IMG/VR virus record: IMGVR_UViG_3300003323_000257
Coordinates: 1 to 64,000 of that record
Reading direction: 5' to 3' (one strand)
Source: a virus
DNA length: 64,000 bases
Position 1 is the first letter of the stretch. Every line of letters begins with the position of its first letter. Made by a program: the position numbers and the translations under genes. The notes beneath the pieces are model-generated. The model had not been told where the DNA came from. It did no database searches and saw only the letters and a program-made list of their open reading frames with translations. Below, piece by piece: positions 8,472-17,709 of the stretch.

Positions 8472-9443
8472 TTATCGGTGATGCTTCATTTGCTTCTCAA
8501 CCCGAGCATCCATTTCAGGATCGGCTTCACCTTCAGGCGTGTCCGCAAAGCCTTCGATAGTTTTCTGGCGCACGCGCTCGCCGAGGCCACGATCATCGAA
8601 ACGTTCAACACGAATCGATGGGCCTGAACCAAAGAAGCCGTGCGACACATAGAAGCCGTCAGCACGACCATCGCGGATAGCCGTCAATGCCTCCGCACGA
8701 GTCCATAGGTAGAGATCGTCGCGCCGAGGATTGCGCACTTCATTTACGGCATGAAGGATTTTGGCCAACTTAATCTCGTCATGAATATCAGCGAACTTGA
8801 GTTGGTCGCGCTGGCCGTTGTGATACTTCCAGAAGTTACCGCGTTCGACCAATTCCAGTTTGTCGGCACTAAGATAAACTTCACCGGTGGTGGAACCATC
8901 AGGGAAGGTGCCACCGACTGCATAAGTCAGAGTTTGGTCGTCGAGGTACTGATTATAGTTAATCCGATGAACAGCGAAGATTGGAGCACTCAGTGGAACA
9001 AATTGAAGCCTATTTGCCCAATGATTTGGGTCAATGACTCGCACCACATCGTATTCCCAAAGATCAGTGTACGGCAGATCGCCGATGCGTTTCACTTCTT
9101 TAACGCGATTGTCGTAATCTTTGCCGCCTTCGCTGCGTTCGATCCGACGAGCTTCCTTGATCGTAGGATCAACCCAGACCAGATCGTGTGGGCTGAGTTG
9201 AACTGTGGTCTGCCCATCAGGGAATTGAATGAGTGGGGAAGTGCGGTGACTGTAGATGCCTGGCTCCATGAGCCCCAAGCGGTCTTCGATGAAGGTCGAA
9301 TAATGGAACCCGATGATCGTGCCTTCTTTGCCGTCAGGCAGATTCTTGTAACGATCACTGCACCAGCCGCGGGTTTCTGGATCGACTTGCACCTGAACAC
9401 GGTCGCCAACCTTCATGAATACGTCGAGAACAATCTTTTCCAT
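8472..9443 (-). CDS. hypothetical protein
   Basis: 323 aa, RBS AGGAG. Confidence 0.8.
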   Translation of the reverse strand: MEKIVLDVFMKVGDRVQVQVDPETRGWCSDRYKNLPDGKEGTIIGFHYSTFIEDRLGLMEPGIYSHRTSPLIQFPDGQTTVQLSPHDLVWVDPTIKEARRIERSEGGKDYDNRVKEVKRIGDLPYTDLWEYDVVRVIDPNHWANRLQFVPLSAPIFAVHRINYNQYLDDQTLTYAVGGTFPDGSTTGEVYLSADKLELVERGNFWKYHNGQRDQLKFADIHDEIKLAKILHAVNEVRNPRRDDLYLWTRAEALTAIRDGRADGFYVSHGFFGSGPSIRVERFDDRGLGERVRQKTIEGFADTPEGEADPEMDARVEKQMKHHR

Positions 9444-9493
9444 TTTAAATCTCCTAAGTTTAGATACTACGATTGATACAATGAATGCTTTCC

Positions 9494-9712
9494 TTAATCT
9501 GGCTCTTCGCCGATATCGATTGCCGGAATGATTATCGCAGTGAACGGCCGCTCATTACGAAACCATTTTTTATTCATGACCCTGACCTCCAAATCATCAC
9601 TGAGCGCTTCACAGAATTCACCACAGTGACCAACTGCACCAACCGGTGTGTCGTCAGGCAACGCTTTTACTTCAGGTGAATTGATAAAGTCGCGTAATTC
9701 CTTGAGATTCAT
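9494..9712 (-). CDS. hypothetical protein
   Basis: RBS GGAGG. Confidence 0.65.
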   Translation of the reverse strand: MNLKELRDFINSPEVKALPDDTPVGAVGHCGEFCEALSDDLEVRVMNKKWFRNERPFTAIIIPAIDIGEEPD

Positions 9713-9713
9713 A

Positions 9714-9908
9714 TTACCTCCATTGCATGTCACATGCCCAATTGTTTTCGTCACGGTGACGATTGAATCCGGCCTTCCAGGCTTCTGCTAGATGCTTTGC
9801 CTTCTCGCCTTTATAAATCTCTGGCATAGGGCCGTATGGGTATGCGTCGTATCCTTCTTTGTCCGCGATCTGCATCGCTTGTTCACGTACTGTCAAACGA
9901 ATATTCAT
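9714..9908 (-). CDS. small hypothetical protein, weakly Rmf-like
   Basis: EGYDAYPY...AEAWKAGF. Confidence 0.6.
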   Translation of the reverse strand: MNIRLTVREQAMQIADKEGYDAYPYGPMPEIYKGEKAKHLAEAWKAGFNRHRDENNWACDMQWR

Positions 9909-9920
9909 TTGATTCCTTTC

Positions 9921-10196
9921 TTAGTCACATTTAGCATATACGAGATCGTAGAAGGCTTGAGGATGATTCACGATGTACTCTTGACCAAACAGGTTCTTCA
10001 GTTCAACCACGCACCTGAGCTTACGTTCGTGAGCACCGGCAGCTGAATTAGCTTTGTCGAGGGCCACCTGTGCTTCAATCTTTGCGATCTCCACATCGTA
10101 TTGGTTCGTCGGTGTCATTTTGTAGTGGGTGATCAGAGTGCCGCAGACAAGAGCGACGGCAGCTCCAACGGCGAGGATTAAAAATCGCTTGTTCAC
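9921..10196 (-). CDS. hypothetical membrane-anchored protein
   Basis: N-terminal hydrophobic segment; GTG start with AAGGA. Confidence 0.65.
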   Translation of the reverse strand: MNKRFLILAVGAAVALVCGTLITHYKMTPTNQYDVEIAKIEAQVALDKANSAAGAHERKLRCVVELKNLFGQEYIVNHPQAFYDLVYAKCD

Positions 10197-10207
10197 TTTG
10201 AGTTCCT

Positions 10208-10441
10208 TTAGTAGATTGTGGTTCGGCGCTTCTGAGATTTCGGGAAAAAGACCAACTGAGTTACTGGGTATTGAATAGGTTGGTCAGCTTTCGTTACTGG
10301 TTCTCCGTTTAATAGGATCATGCCACCACTGTTGCACCAGCGGCGCACTTCACTATTCGAAGCTGGTTTACCTGGATGCTCCGAAGAATAAGGCAGCATT
10401 GGTCGCAATGAGATTAAGAAATCGAGAACAGTCTCTTCCAT
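10208..10441 (-). CDS. S4-like RNA-binding domain protein
   Basis: ASNSEVRRWCNSGGMILLNGEPV resembles S4 motif SxSEARRLIxQGGVxxNGExV. Confidence 0.5.
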   Translation of the reverse strand: MEETVLDFLISLRPMLPYSSEHPGKPASNSEVRRWCNSGGMILLNGEPVTKADQPIQYPVTQLVFFPKSQKRRTTIY

Positions 10442-10443
10442 GA

Positions 10444-11001
10444 TTACGCCTTGTTGATCTCGTTGAGGAGACCAATGAAAGCCTTGAAGTCTTTGTTCTC
10501 CAAATCCTTTAAGAAACGACCGACGAATTTCTTTGCTTCCTTCTTGAACTGTTTCAGCGTGGTTATACCGAACTCTTCAGTGTATTCGCAATCGATAAGC
10601 GAATTGTGCGCACATAGCTCCACAAGAACCTCGATGCTATCGCTACTTCCCTCGTCATAAAGTAGTTCGAACGTGAAGTTGAGATTACCAGACTTCGTCG
10701 TCCAAACAAATTCTTCGTTCGGTTGACCGTCTCCAACAAAACCAAGGCCCTCCAAGTAGTCCGCGATTTCTTTTTGAGCCGTAGCCAGTTGCTGTGATTT
10801 ACTCTGACGGTATTTCAGCTTAGCTGGCGATGTCAGATTAGATTCGCGTACCACGACAAGTTCATCCACACAGTGGAGTTCATGATCCTTGATTTTTACC
10901 AAGACCAGGTTTTCACCGATTACGTTGGGAAGGTCCTGCACTTTAGTGCACTCCAGACCTTCGTAGGAAGCCAGTTTGTTTTTCAGGTTAATGAGGTTCA
11001 T
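10444..11001 (-). CDS. hypothetical protein
   Basis: 185 aa in run. Confidence 0.75.
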   Translation of the reverse strand: MNLINLKNKLASYEGLECTKVQDLPNVIGENLVLVKIKDHELHCVDELVVVRESNLTSPAKLKYRQSKSQQLATAQKEIADYLEGLGFVGDGQPNEEFVWTTKSGNLNFTFELLYDEGSSDSIEVLVELCAHNSLIDCEYTEEFGITTLKQFKKEAKKFVGRFLKDLENKDFKAFIGLLNEINKA

Positions 11002-11002
11002 C

Positions 11003-11290
11003 TTATTTCCTTTTCTTGAGTTTGAGAGCCTTCAGGTATTCATCTGAAGACTCGTCCAATTTACTGAGTGTAGTCCACAGCAGAATCTCGTGGTCCGTGA
11101 AGTCCTTACAGGCCTTGAGACATTTGCGATAGCCTGCAGCGCATTCTTCCGCGTATTCGCGCAACGTATCCAGATCAACATACTCAGAGTCTGGATTATC
11201 ATGCATGGCCCTACGTTGCTGTAGGACGAAATGGGCAAGAATAATTTCTGCGGCACGATCTAGTGTTTTTGGGCCGAGCGATTGAACCAT
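11003..11290 (-). CDS. hypothetical protein
   Basis: ORF in run; start uncertain. Confidence 0.6.
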   Translation of the reverse strand: MVQSLGPKTLDRAAEIILAHFVLQQRRAMHDNPDSEYVDLDTLREYAEECAAGYRKCLKACKDFTDHEILLWTTLSKLDESSDEYLKALKLKKRK

Positions 11291-11442
11291 GGTGTAGCCT
11301 CATTAGCAATCATGCTGACTGCCAGATGCCATCGCACCTGCGCAAGCCTAGCTTTGGATGCGTTGGGCATTTCAGAGGCCAACGCTTTCTCTATGTTGTG
11401 TAGCAAAGTAGCGGCCACACTAACTGTTCGTTTTACTCTCAT
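11260..11442 (-). CDS. hypothetical protein
   Basis: RBS GAGGAG. Confidence 0.6.
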   Translation of the reverse strand: MRVKRTVSVAATLLHNIEKALASEMPNASKARLAQVRWHLAVSMIANEATPWFNRSAQKH

Positions 11443-11452
11443 GTTCGCTCCT

Positions 11453-11812
11453 CTAGGTGCACGCTAAGGCCAAGATGGCCAGAGCGGCGTTCCAATCGTC
11501 TTCGTCTGGATGACGTTTTACGAAATGATCCGAGTACTCAAGCTGCTGAGCAATCATGTACGCCCACAGTTTGGGATTTGCATCCTTGAGATGCACAACA
11601 CTTTCCGGCTTTTCCACAACTTGGACTGGTTTGGTATCTCCAATTTTCAACTGAAGACCAATAGCTGTATACCAGCGGCTTTCTCTTTGAGACGCTGCTT
11701 TGATGAATTTCGGCTCGGTGTTAAAGACCATAACGTCGCCATTGGTTTGTGCTACCACATATTTGGCCCAACTAGGTGCGTCAAACGTTTGGTTCTTGTA
11801 CAGGATAATCAT
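11453..11812 (-). CDS. hypothetical protein
   Basis: RBS AAGGA. Confidence 0.7.
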   Translation of the reverse strand: MIILYKNQTFDAPSWAKYVVAQTNGDVMVFNTEPKFIKAASQRESRWYTAIGLQLKIGDTKPVQVVEKPESVVHLKDANPKLWAYMIAQQLEYSDHFVKRHPDEDDWNAALAILALACT

Positions 11813-11835
11813 TTTTATTCCTTTATTGGATTAGA

Positions 11836-12090
11836 TTACAGTCGAACAATTATGCTTCGACGAGGTTTACGTCTGTTCTTAAGACGGTGCACAACTCGCT
11901 GTCTGAGGCTAAGCGAATTATTTGGTGAGGCTTCGCGATTGAGTGACCACCAATTAATGGCTGGTATATAGGAAAGCTTAGCCCATTTAGAAGCACCGCG
12001 TTTATGCTTTTTCGATTGAATGCCAAATCGCAGCAAGTTGTTGCGTATTCGCTTTGGCGGTACGCGCTTACATTGGACACCTTGGTACAT
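11836..12090 (-). CDS. highly basic hypothetical protein
   Basis: K/R-rich; RBS AAGGA before ATG 12090. Confidence 0.6.
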   Translation of the reverse strand: MYQGVQCKRVPPKRIRNNLLRFGIQSKKHKRGASKWAKLSYIPAINWWSLNREASPNNSLSLRQRVVHRLKNRRKPRRSIIVRL

Positions 12091-12101
12091 AATTGATCCT
12101 T

Positions 12102-12353
12102 TCAGTAGAGAGTTACGTGATAGCTGTACCCGCACCGATTGCAGTGCAGACTTACGCAGCCGGTTTCAGGGCCACCGTAGGAATTGTCCTCCAGCTTGTG
12201 GCCTACCTTGGCACACTTGCGCTTACCGATGGCTTGCATAAGTTCACCCATCAAGACTTCGCGCCGGGCGTCCTGCCGTGAGATGTTTTCACCAAACATG
12301 GTTTCGTCAATGTACATTTCGCGGAATTGAGATTTAGCGTAGTGCATATTCAT
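12102..12353 (-). CDS. hypothetical protein with C/H Zn-binding pattern
   Basis: C..VGH...CNRC. Confidence 0.65.
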   Translation of the reverse strand: MNMHYAKSQFREMYIDETMFGENISRQDARREVLMGELMQAIGKRKCAKVGHKLEDNSYGGPETGCVSLHCNRCGYSYHVTLY

Positions 12354-12511
12354 TTCGGTTCCTTTTCTTTTGGGATTTCAAAGAATCTGCGAGTGCGGGC
12401 TACCTTCTCTTCAGCAGACATTTCACGGAGACGCATCTTCCGCAAACCTTCCTCGATACGCTGGCGAAGTTCCTCACCACTGTTCTTATACCTATCGTGA
12501 CGGTTGCCCAT
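12350..12511 (-). CDS. small basic hypothetical protein
   Basis: RBS GGAGG before ATG 12511. Confidence 0.6.
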   Translation of the reverse strand: MGNRHDRYKNSGEELRQRIEEGLRKMRLREMSAEEKVARTRRFFEIPKEKEPK

Positions 12512-12512
12512 A

Positions 12513-12776
12513 TTAATCCTCCAGGTAGACACGCATTTCATCATGCTGAATCCAATCGATTGGATTCAGCTCGTCATACATCTTCTTCGCCTCGGCGCGG
12601 CTAATACGTTTAGCTTTTACGAAAGCTGGTAATGATCCATCGTCATACTTGCTACCGGCTAAACGCATTTTTCCGTATTCCGCGGCATTATTCAAACTGG
12701 TAGCTGTCGTCAGCATGTCATCGTGCACGACATCACTGGATTTGTACTTATAGTAGATGCGGTAGAAGCTCAGCAT
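12513..12776 (-). CDS. hypothetical protein
   Basis: RBS GGAG. Confidence 0.65.
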   Translation of the reverse strand: MLSFYRIYYKYKSSDVVHDDMLTTATSLNNAAEYGKMRLAGSKYDDGSLPAFVKAKRISRAEAKKMYDELNPIDWIQHDEMRVYLED

Positions 12777-13057
12777 TTCGAGTCTCCAACATTGATAAGA
12801 CTGATTATGGAATGCGTGGAGTAAGAAGTAATGATGACCCGTCCGAGTACGCGACGGTTCTCCACGGCGAAGAATTCTTGAACGTCTGCGTGTGCGGTGC
12901 TGTGTTTTGTGATCGACGCGAAACGAATATTGCGCGCCTTAAGTTTCTTCCTCGCTACCTTCATGGTCTCGGCCACGAATAATTCCACTGCATCGGATCG
13001 AACTCGTTTGACTTCAGTGAAGCCTAGATCGGTGAGAAACTTTACGAATGCGTTCAT
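12770..13057 (-). CDS. hypothetical protein
   Basis: Preceded by GTTTCAATCGGA motif. Confidence 0.7.
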   Translation of the reverse strand: MNAFVKFLTDLGFTEVKRVRSDAVELFVAETMKVARKKLKARNIRFASITKHSTAHADVQEFFAVENRRVLGRVIITSYSTHSIISLINVGDSKC

Positions 13058-13075
13058 GATGAATTCCGATTGAAA

Positions 13076-13396
13076 CTAGTAGGAGAATTGGAACAGAGTT
13101 ACTACAGGAGGGAGATTGCCGCACACGCTGACCTGCATGCGACCAAGCAGATTGCCAGAGTGAGATGCACGAACTTCGTAGGTGTGAGCACCTTCACGAG
13201 CGCGCTCTTTTCGGCACCACTTGAGTAAGTCTTTTACGAGAGGGGATTTGGGGCTGACAGTGAAAGTCGCAGTGCTTTCACTGCAATAGGTGAAGTGAAC
13301 ATTGCTGAAGTCCCAGCTCTCCAACAGAGAGACACAAGCTTTGATGAAATCACCAGGACTTTCGAGGCTTTCGAGGGTGTGAGGAACAGTTTTCAT
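13076..13396 (-). CDS. hypothetical protein
   Basis: Preceded by GTTTCAATCGGAG motif and 11-bp tandem duplication tgatgtactcc. Confidence 0.7.
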   Translation of the reverse strand: MKTVPHTLESLESPGDFIKACVSLLESWDFSNVHFTYCSESTATFTVSPKSPLVKDLLKWCRKERAREGAHTYEVRASHSGNLLGRMQVSVCGNLPPVVTLFQFSY

Positions 13397-13454
13397 GATG
13401 TACTCCTGATGTACTCCGATTGAAACAAATTGATCCTAGTTTTGGAAGGAAGGA

Positions 13455-13649
13455 TTAGAACCAATCACGGCTACCGTGCGTGGCTTGTTGGCCATCGTAG
13501 GTACCTTTGAGCTTTTGCTCGTCCTGTTCGATGTGCCAGAGGAGGGAATGATGGACTTCGTGATCCTTCCGGCCGACCATCTTGTCTGCTTCGTACATGA
13601 AGTAGTTTTGAGTGGCCGCAGTCGGGAAGGTGTATTCGACGTTTTTCAT
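13455..13649 (-). CDS. hypothetical protein
   Basis: Preceded by GTTTCAATCGGAG motif. Confidence 0.65.
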   Translation of the reverse strand: MKNVEYTFPTAATQNYFMYEADKMVGRKDHEVHHSLLWHIEQDEQKLKGTYDGQQATHGSRDWF

Positions 13650-13725
13650 TTTAGATACTCCGATTGAAACGATTTGAGAGAAGGTACTACCCGTTAGTTT
13701 TTATAAACGCAAAGCGGGGCGGCTA

Positions 13726-13744
13726 TTTGTTGTTGGGCCGCCCC
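13726..13744 (-). terminator. putative terminator hairpin
   Basis: ggggcggc...gccgcccc stem just after stop at 13752 (coordinates approximate). Confidence 0.45.
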
Positions 13745-13751
13745 AGGTAGA

Positions 13752-14054
13752 TCACTGATGCACCACGGTCAGCAGATCATGGTTGCCGACATGGGACAGA
13801 GTGATCGTCATGTCCCCGCCGCCTTCCTTCTTCGGAAGCGTGTACCGGAAGACGCTGGCCTTTGCGGATTCCTTCAGGAGCTTGCATGCGCGGCTGCTCA
13901 GCAGATTGGTCATAACGGTCCGGGCGTTTTGGATTTCGACCTTCGTAGTCTTGCCCTTGGTTTTCATTACGAAGCCCTGTTCGTCGTGAACGATGCGAGC
14001 TTTGAAAGTTGCGCGGAGCCAGATGCGAAAAGCGCGTTCAAAAGAGATAGCCAT
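13752..14054 (-). CDS. hypothetical protein
   Basis: RBS AAGGA; first gene after promoter-like intergenic region. Confidence 0.75.
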   Translation of the reverse strand: MAISFERAFRIWLRATFKARIVHDEQGFVMKTKGKTTKVEIQNARTVMTNLLSSRACKLLKESAKASVFRYTLPKKEGGGDMTITLSHVGNHDLLTVVHQ

Positions 14055-14112
14055 GATGTGTTTCCTTTCAATGAGAAAAGTTAAGAGTAGCCAACCATTG
14101 GACTACGTCTTC

Positions 14113-14123
14113 ATTATATCACA
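14113..14123 (-). promoter_or_regulatory. putative extended -10 promoter (tgTGATATAAT)
   Basis: Same string as at 3314-3322; upstream A/T tracts. Confidence 0.55.
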
Positions 14124-14300
14124 AAACTCACCAGAATTGACCTTTCTTGCTCTGAGAAACATCAAGAAAACACCAGAAAATGATCAAAAAGCAACACTTT
14201 TTCTTGCTCTATGAACAGAGCTTCGTAACCAGCAAAAACAAGGGGATTTTAACGGCAGAAATACGCCAAAAACGCACGGAATAGACGATCTTCCAGACGT

Positions 14301-14338
14301 AAAAAAGCCTGCTCAAATCCAGAGGAAAAGAGCAGGCT
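14301..14338 (-). terminator. intrinsic terminator
   Basis: agcctgctc...gagcaggct stem followed by T6 on minus strand, after stop at 14362. Confidence 0.7.
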
Positions 14339-14361
14339 AAAAGCACCTACCTAGTTAAATC

Positions 14362-15087
14362 TTATTTCGACATTTTGGACAGCGAGCTGTTCACCATGGT
14401 AAGCGAGTTGGTGAACGAACGAGGCAGCGAGCGTTGGAGATACCGCAGTTCAGCAGCACTGAACTTGCGACGGCTCTTGATATCGTTCTTGGCCAGTACG
14501 TCTTTGCTCAGGCACAAGCGATCCACCCACATTTTGAAATTCACCGAAATGCCAGGCTCTACGTCTTCAACGCCCTGCGCGGCTAATTCCGCCATGTTGG
14601 TATTCTCGTTATGATCAATGACCACGGTCTTGTTACGACCGGTTCCATGCTCATCATCGTCCTCTTCCACTACCCCGTCAGCGCGGCGAATTTCGGTCTT
14701 GGTATCTGACAGGGTACGAGCCGCACCAGCCTTGCGAATTTGGCGAGCACGTTCCCTGAGCTTTTCCTGTTCCTCGCTTGCACCATCCTGACGCAGCAGC
14801 CTTTCCGCGTCCTCCCTACTAATCAGACCAATCAGACCTTTGTCCACTGCGTTTCGGAATTCAACCGCATTGAGAAGACGGCGACGATTGATCACCCGGG
14901 TGAGTTCCTGAGGCAGCCAGGTCTGAGGCAACAGCAGTCGATCAGGCTGACCGCCGTTCTGACCTGGGATTGAAATCAGGATTTCACCGACTGCACCGAT
15001 ATCCGATTCAGCAGCAATATTGACGCCCCAGATAGGATTGGTCGATTTTGGGTTCTTTTCGAAATAAGAGACTGGTAAAAACTTCAT
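14362..15087 (-). CDS. possible Inh-like (prohead protease inhibitor-like) protein
   Basis: LPQTWLPQELT...LLNAVEFRNAVDKGLIGLISREDAE pattern recalled from Inh-like proteins of large myoviruses; RBS AAGGA. Confidence 0.4.
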   Translation of the reverse strand: MKFLPVSYFEKNPKSTNPIWGVNIAAESDIGAVGEILISIPGQNGGQPDRLLLPQTWLPQELTRVINRRRLLNAVEFRNAVDKGLIGLISREDAERLLRQDGASEEQEKLRERARQIRKAGAARTLSDTKTEIRRADGVVEEDDDEHGTGRNKTVVIDHNENTNMAELAAQGVEDVEPGISVNFKMWVDRLCLSKDVLAKNDIKSRRKFSAAELRYLQRSLPRSFTNSLTMVNSSLSKMSK

Positions 15088-15166
15088 GATATTTTCCTTT
15101 CGTGCAGTGCACATTGTTGTAATGGACCTCAACAGGGCAGGGAGTTAATGGCTGCTCATCGCAGTC

Positions 15167-15394
15167 CTAAACTTGTTCACGAATGGCTTTAATCAATTGT
15201 TGTTCGATGGCTTGTACGTCCTGGCTCTTAGGTATCGGTAGACCTACGAGTTCGGCGTGGTCGGCTATCGTCAAGTCTTGATCACTATACTTGCAAAAAT
15301 TGGTTTGACGGTGTTGCCAAGTACAGTGACCTGGCGGGAGTGGACAACGCGCCACCACCAGCGGCTGTCCAACTACTACGCAGAAGACTTTCAT
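15167..15394 (-). CDS. hypothetical protein
   Basis: RBS GGAGG, downstream of TAGTAAATA. Confidence 0.7.
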   Translation of the reverse strand: MKVFCVVVGQPLVVARCPLPPGHCTWQHRQTNFCKYSDQDLTIADHAELVGLPIPKSQDVQAIEQQLIKAIREQV

Positions 15395-15410
15395 GGTACC
15401 TCCTGCACTT

Positions 15411-15419
15411 TATTTACTA
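15411..15419 (-). promoter_or_regulatory. putative late promoter TAGTAAATA
   Basis: Overlaps stop of upstream gene. Confidence 0.55.
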
Positions 15420-15959
15420 GTACCCTTCGAAATCTCTTCTGGCTTTGATTGGATCTTTGTCGTACAAATTTCTAAGCAAGGCGCAATCCCTTGTAAGAGT
15501 TGGATTTATTTCCCAACTAGCGTAGGAGTGACCTTTCAGTAATTGCCAGCGTTTGTCCTCCGTGTATTCTGGTCCATTGGAGCTAACAACAATAACATCT
15601 ATATTTTCTGCTCTGGCACATTCAAACATCGTGTAGGAACCTTTTATAAACATGGCTTCGTCTATGATCAGCAGATCATAATATTCCAAAGGGTGCGTCC
15701 ATCTATAAAAGATTTCTAGATCAGAAGGTACAGCTATTTCCTTGCGTAGCAACCTCTCTTGGGTCTCCATGCTAGTAGGGTCAGGATCAATTGCAGTGAT
15801 CCACCGTACACGTTTATAGTTTGTGCGACCAAGTAGGTTCCAAACCATTACAGATTTACCACTACGTTGTCCACACTTCAGAAATGAGTAATGTTGTTTT
15901 TCCAGATCGTTAACCATGAAGCCAACAATCTTTGACTGCATTGGATATAGAGTAATCAT
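15417..15959 (-). CDS. stand-alone terminase large-subunit-like ATPase domain protein
   Basis: Walker A GQRSGKS, Walker B LLIIDEA, VVSS, ...ASWEINP...DPIKARRDF; only 180 aa, no nuclease domain. Confidence 0.6.
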   Translation of the reverse strand: MITLYPMQSKIVGFMVNDLEKQHYSFLKCGQRSGKSVMVWNLLGRTNYKRVRWITAIDPDPTSMETQERLLRKEIAVPSDLEIFYRWTHPLEYYDLLIIDEAMFIKGSYTMFECARAENIDVIVVSSNGPEYTEDKRWQLLKGHSYASWEINPTLTRDCALLRNLYDKDPIKARRDFEGY

Positions 15960-16498
15960 TTCTCTACCTTTGCAAGTTGTTTATCGCGTTGAATGATGTC
16001 GGTGCAATCTTTAACACCATGGCAACATTCATCAGGCATTCCTGATGGGAAGCTTTGGCAGCAGTCACTGCAAATCCATGCGCATTCACCTCGTGCAGCT
16101 TTCATATCCCAGTTGGTAAGACTATCCACACTATCCAAAGCTGTTGCCATTTTCGTTCGCTGCGGCATCACAGCTTTTGGAGTATCTGTAGCTTTGGCAA
16201 CCAAAGCTCTTAGATTTATTCGATCATACAAGTTATTGTTCGCTTCTTGTATTGCCTTATTAAACGCCTCAGTCACTTTGCAGGTAGTACGTATGGTCTC
16301 ATCTCGATTATTAAGGGCCTTAAGTCCGGCTAAAATGCCGTCATCAAATTCATCAGCAAAGAACGAATCGGCGCGCACTCTGAGCTGTTCTTCTGTTTCT
16401 TCGCCACGTAGCAAAGCACCAACTGCATAATTGAACCCGGTTTCGAAACGACAGCGTGCAGCCTGTTCTTTACGTTTAGCCAACCATTTAAAAATCAT
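15956..16498 (-). CDS. hypothetical protein with Cys-rich C-terminus
   Basis: CAWICSDCC...CCHG. Confidence 0.7.
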   Translation of the reverse strand: MIFKWLAKRKEQAARCRFETGFNYAVGALLRGEETEEQLRVRADSFFADEFDDGILAGLKALNNRDETIRTTCKVTEAFNKAIQEANNNLYDRINLRALVAKATDTPKAVMPQRTKMATALDSVDSLTNWDMKAARGECAWICSDCCQSFPSGMPDECCHGVKDCTDIIQRDKQLAKVEK

Positions 16499-17507
16499 TG
16501 CGTGCTCCTTTGAGGATTCGTTCTCTTAACTTAGCAGTCTGCTTTTTCAATCGCTGCGGAATAGATTGAGAAGCTAGCCACTCATGGAAAAATTCAGCAG
16601 AGTTTAAAACCAATTCCTGGCCGTGCATAAGATCCTCGGTTAGAATCTGTGTTAAGTCAGCCTTGGTCTTGAAAGATTTATTGATCACTATGTTTGGACG
16701 CGCCGGCACATCCAAATCTGCTCCGTCTTTGACCACCAACTTGATGAGGTGATGAGGATCAGTTGGAAGTGCGTCGATATCAGCGCTGGTCTCCACAACA
16801 CAGTTAAAGAGTTTGTATTTCGGATCGAATGGAATGGAGTTGATTTCGAAATCGTCTGGGCTTGTGTACTTTATGTGGTGAAAGAATTTCGGAAGCGCCT
16901 CACCAAAGTTCGTTTGATATAGCGTACCACTATAGTAGGTGTTTCGTACTTTGTGATTGGTGTGTAGGTGTCCCATGGCAATCACTGCCTTAGACTTTGG
17001 AAGCTCCTCTGCCTCACACTTACGGCCTGAATCCAGTTTGGACCCAAAGACTTCGGTGTGACCGAAATTCAAACAACGAGGATCAAACGCAGTAGAAGGC
17101 CACGGACATATCTTTACTTTTTGCTTACCGAATTCTAGGTAAGTGTCCTCTGTGAAAATGCGAAGGTTCTTCAATCGCATTCTCTGAAGTATTTGAAGTG
17201 AATGACCTTCGTTGGACTCTCGGGCAAGCTTATCGTGGTTGCCTAGATAGACAATAAAGTCCAGGTCCTTGTTGCGTCGAACACCTGCCTCGAAAGCCAA
17301 CATGGCTGCGTAGCTCATGCGAGGATTTTCACAAATGTCACCGTACAGAATTACGTTTGAGATATTGCGCTTGCGCGCCCACGCACATACTCTGTCTACC
17401 TCGCTCCATACATAGTCGTCAGGTGACTCAATATATTTGGCGAGCCCTCCGTGCCCTTTGTCATCGGTTTGATGAAGATCGCCGATCCCACAAGCTTCAA
17501 ATGTCAT
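16488..17507 (-). CDS. Mre11/SbcD-like metallophosphoesterase nuclease (gp47-like recombination endonuclease subunit)
   Basis: GDLH, YGD, GNHD, GH, MGHLH, YSGTLYQTNFGE motifs. Confidence 0.85.
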   Translation of the reverse strand: MTFEACGIGDLHQTDDKGHGGLAKYIESPDDYVWSEVDRVCAWARKRNISNVILYGDICENPRMSYAAMLAFEAGVRRNKDLDFIVYLGNHDKLARESNEGHSLQILQRMRLKNLRIFTEDTYLEFGKQKVKICPWPSTAFDPRCLNFGHTEVFGSKLDSGRKCEAEELPKSKAVIAMGHLHTNHKVRNTYYSGTLYQTNFGEALPKFFHHIKYTSPDDFEINSIPFDPKYKLFNCVVETSADIDALPTDPHHLIKLVVKDGADLDVPARPNIVINKSFKTKADLTQILTEDLMHGQELVLNSAEFFHEWLASQSIPQRLKKQTAKLRERILKGARNDF

Positions 17508-17695
17508 TTGCTGTCCTCTGCGGCTTTCAATTCGCGAAGTTCGTGACTTTCTAATCCGTGCACGTCCTCGTATTCCACGAGTTTCTTTATCAAGTGATTT
17601 ACGTAATCTTGATCGTTGCTGTTCTGAGGTGGATGAGCAGTGAACCAAGCAGCCTCGGTTAGAGCTATCTGGTAGTCCGATTCGGATTCAAACAT
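17504..17695 (-). CDS. hypothetical protein (HigA N-terminal-like helix)
   Basis: ESDYQIAL...LIKKLVEYED. Confidence 0.6.
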   Translation of the reverse strand: MFESESDYQIALTEAAWFTAHPPQNSNDQDYVNHLIKKLVEYEDVHGLESHELRELKAAEDSK

Positions 17696-17709
17696 TTGTA
17701 GGTCTTTCT

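Noticed and set aside
8751-9476. 241-aa plus-strand ORF (and similar antisense ORFs, e.g. 7067-7555, 59002-59634)
   Set aside because: Fully overlap better-supported opposite-strand genes; no RBS or recognisable motifs.
13064-13670. Repeated ccgATTGAAAC strings resembling CRISPR repeat ends
   Set aside because: Only ~13 bp are shared, spacing is 250-350 bp with intact genes between, and no cas genes are present; treated as an RBS-linked motif instead.
17504-17695. HigA-like N-terminal helix suggesting a toxin-antitoxin pair
   Set aside because: No HTH and no adjacent toxin-like gene; the similarity is too short to support.
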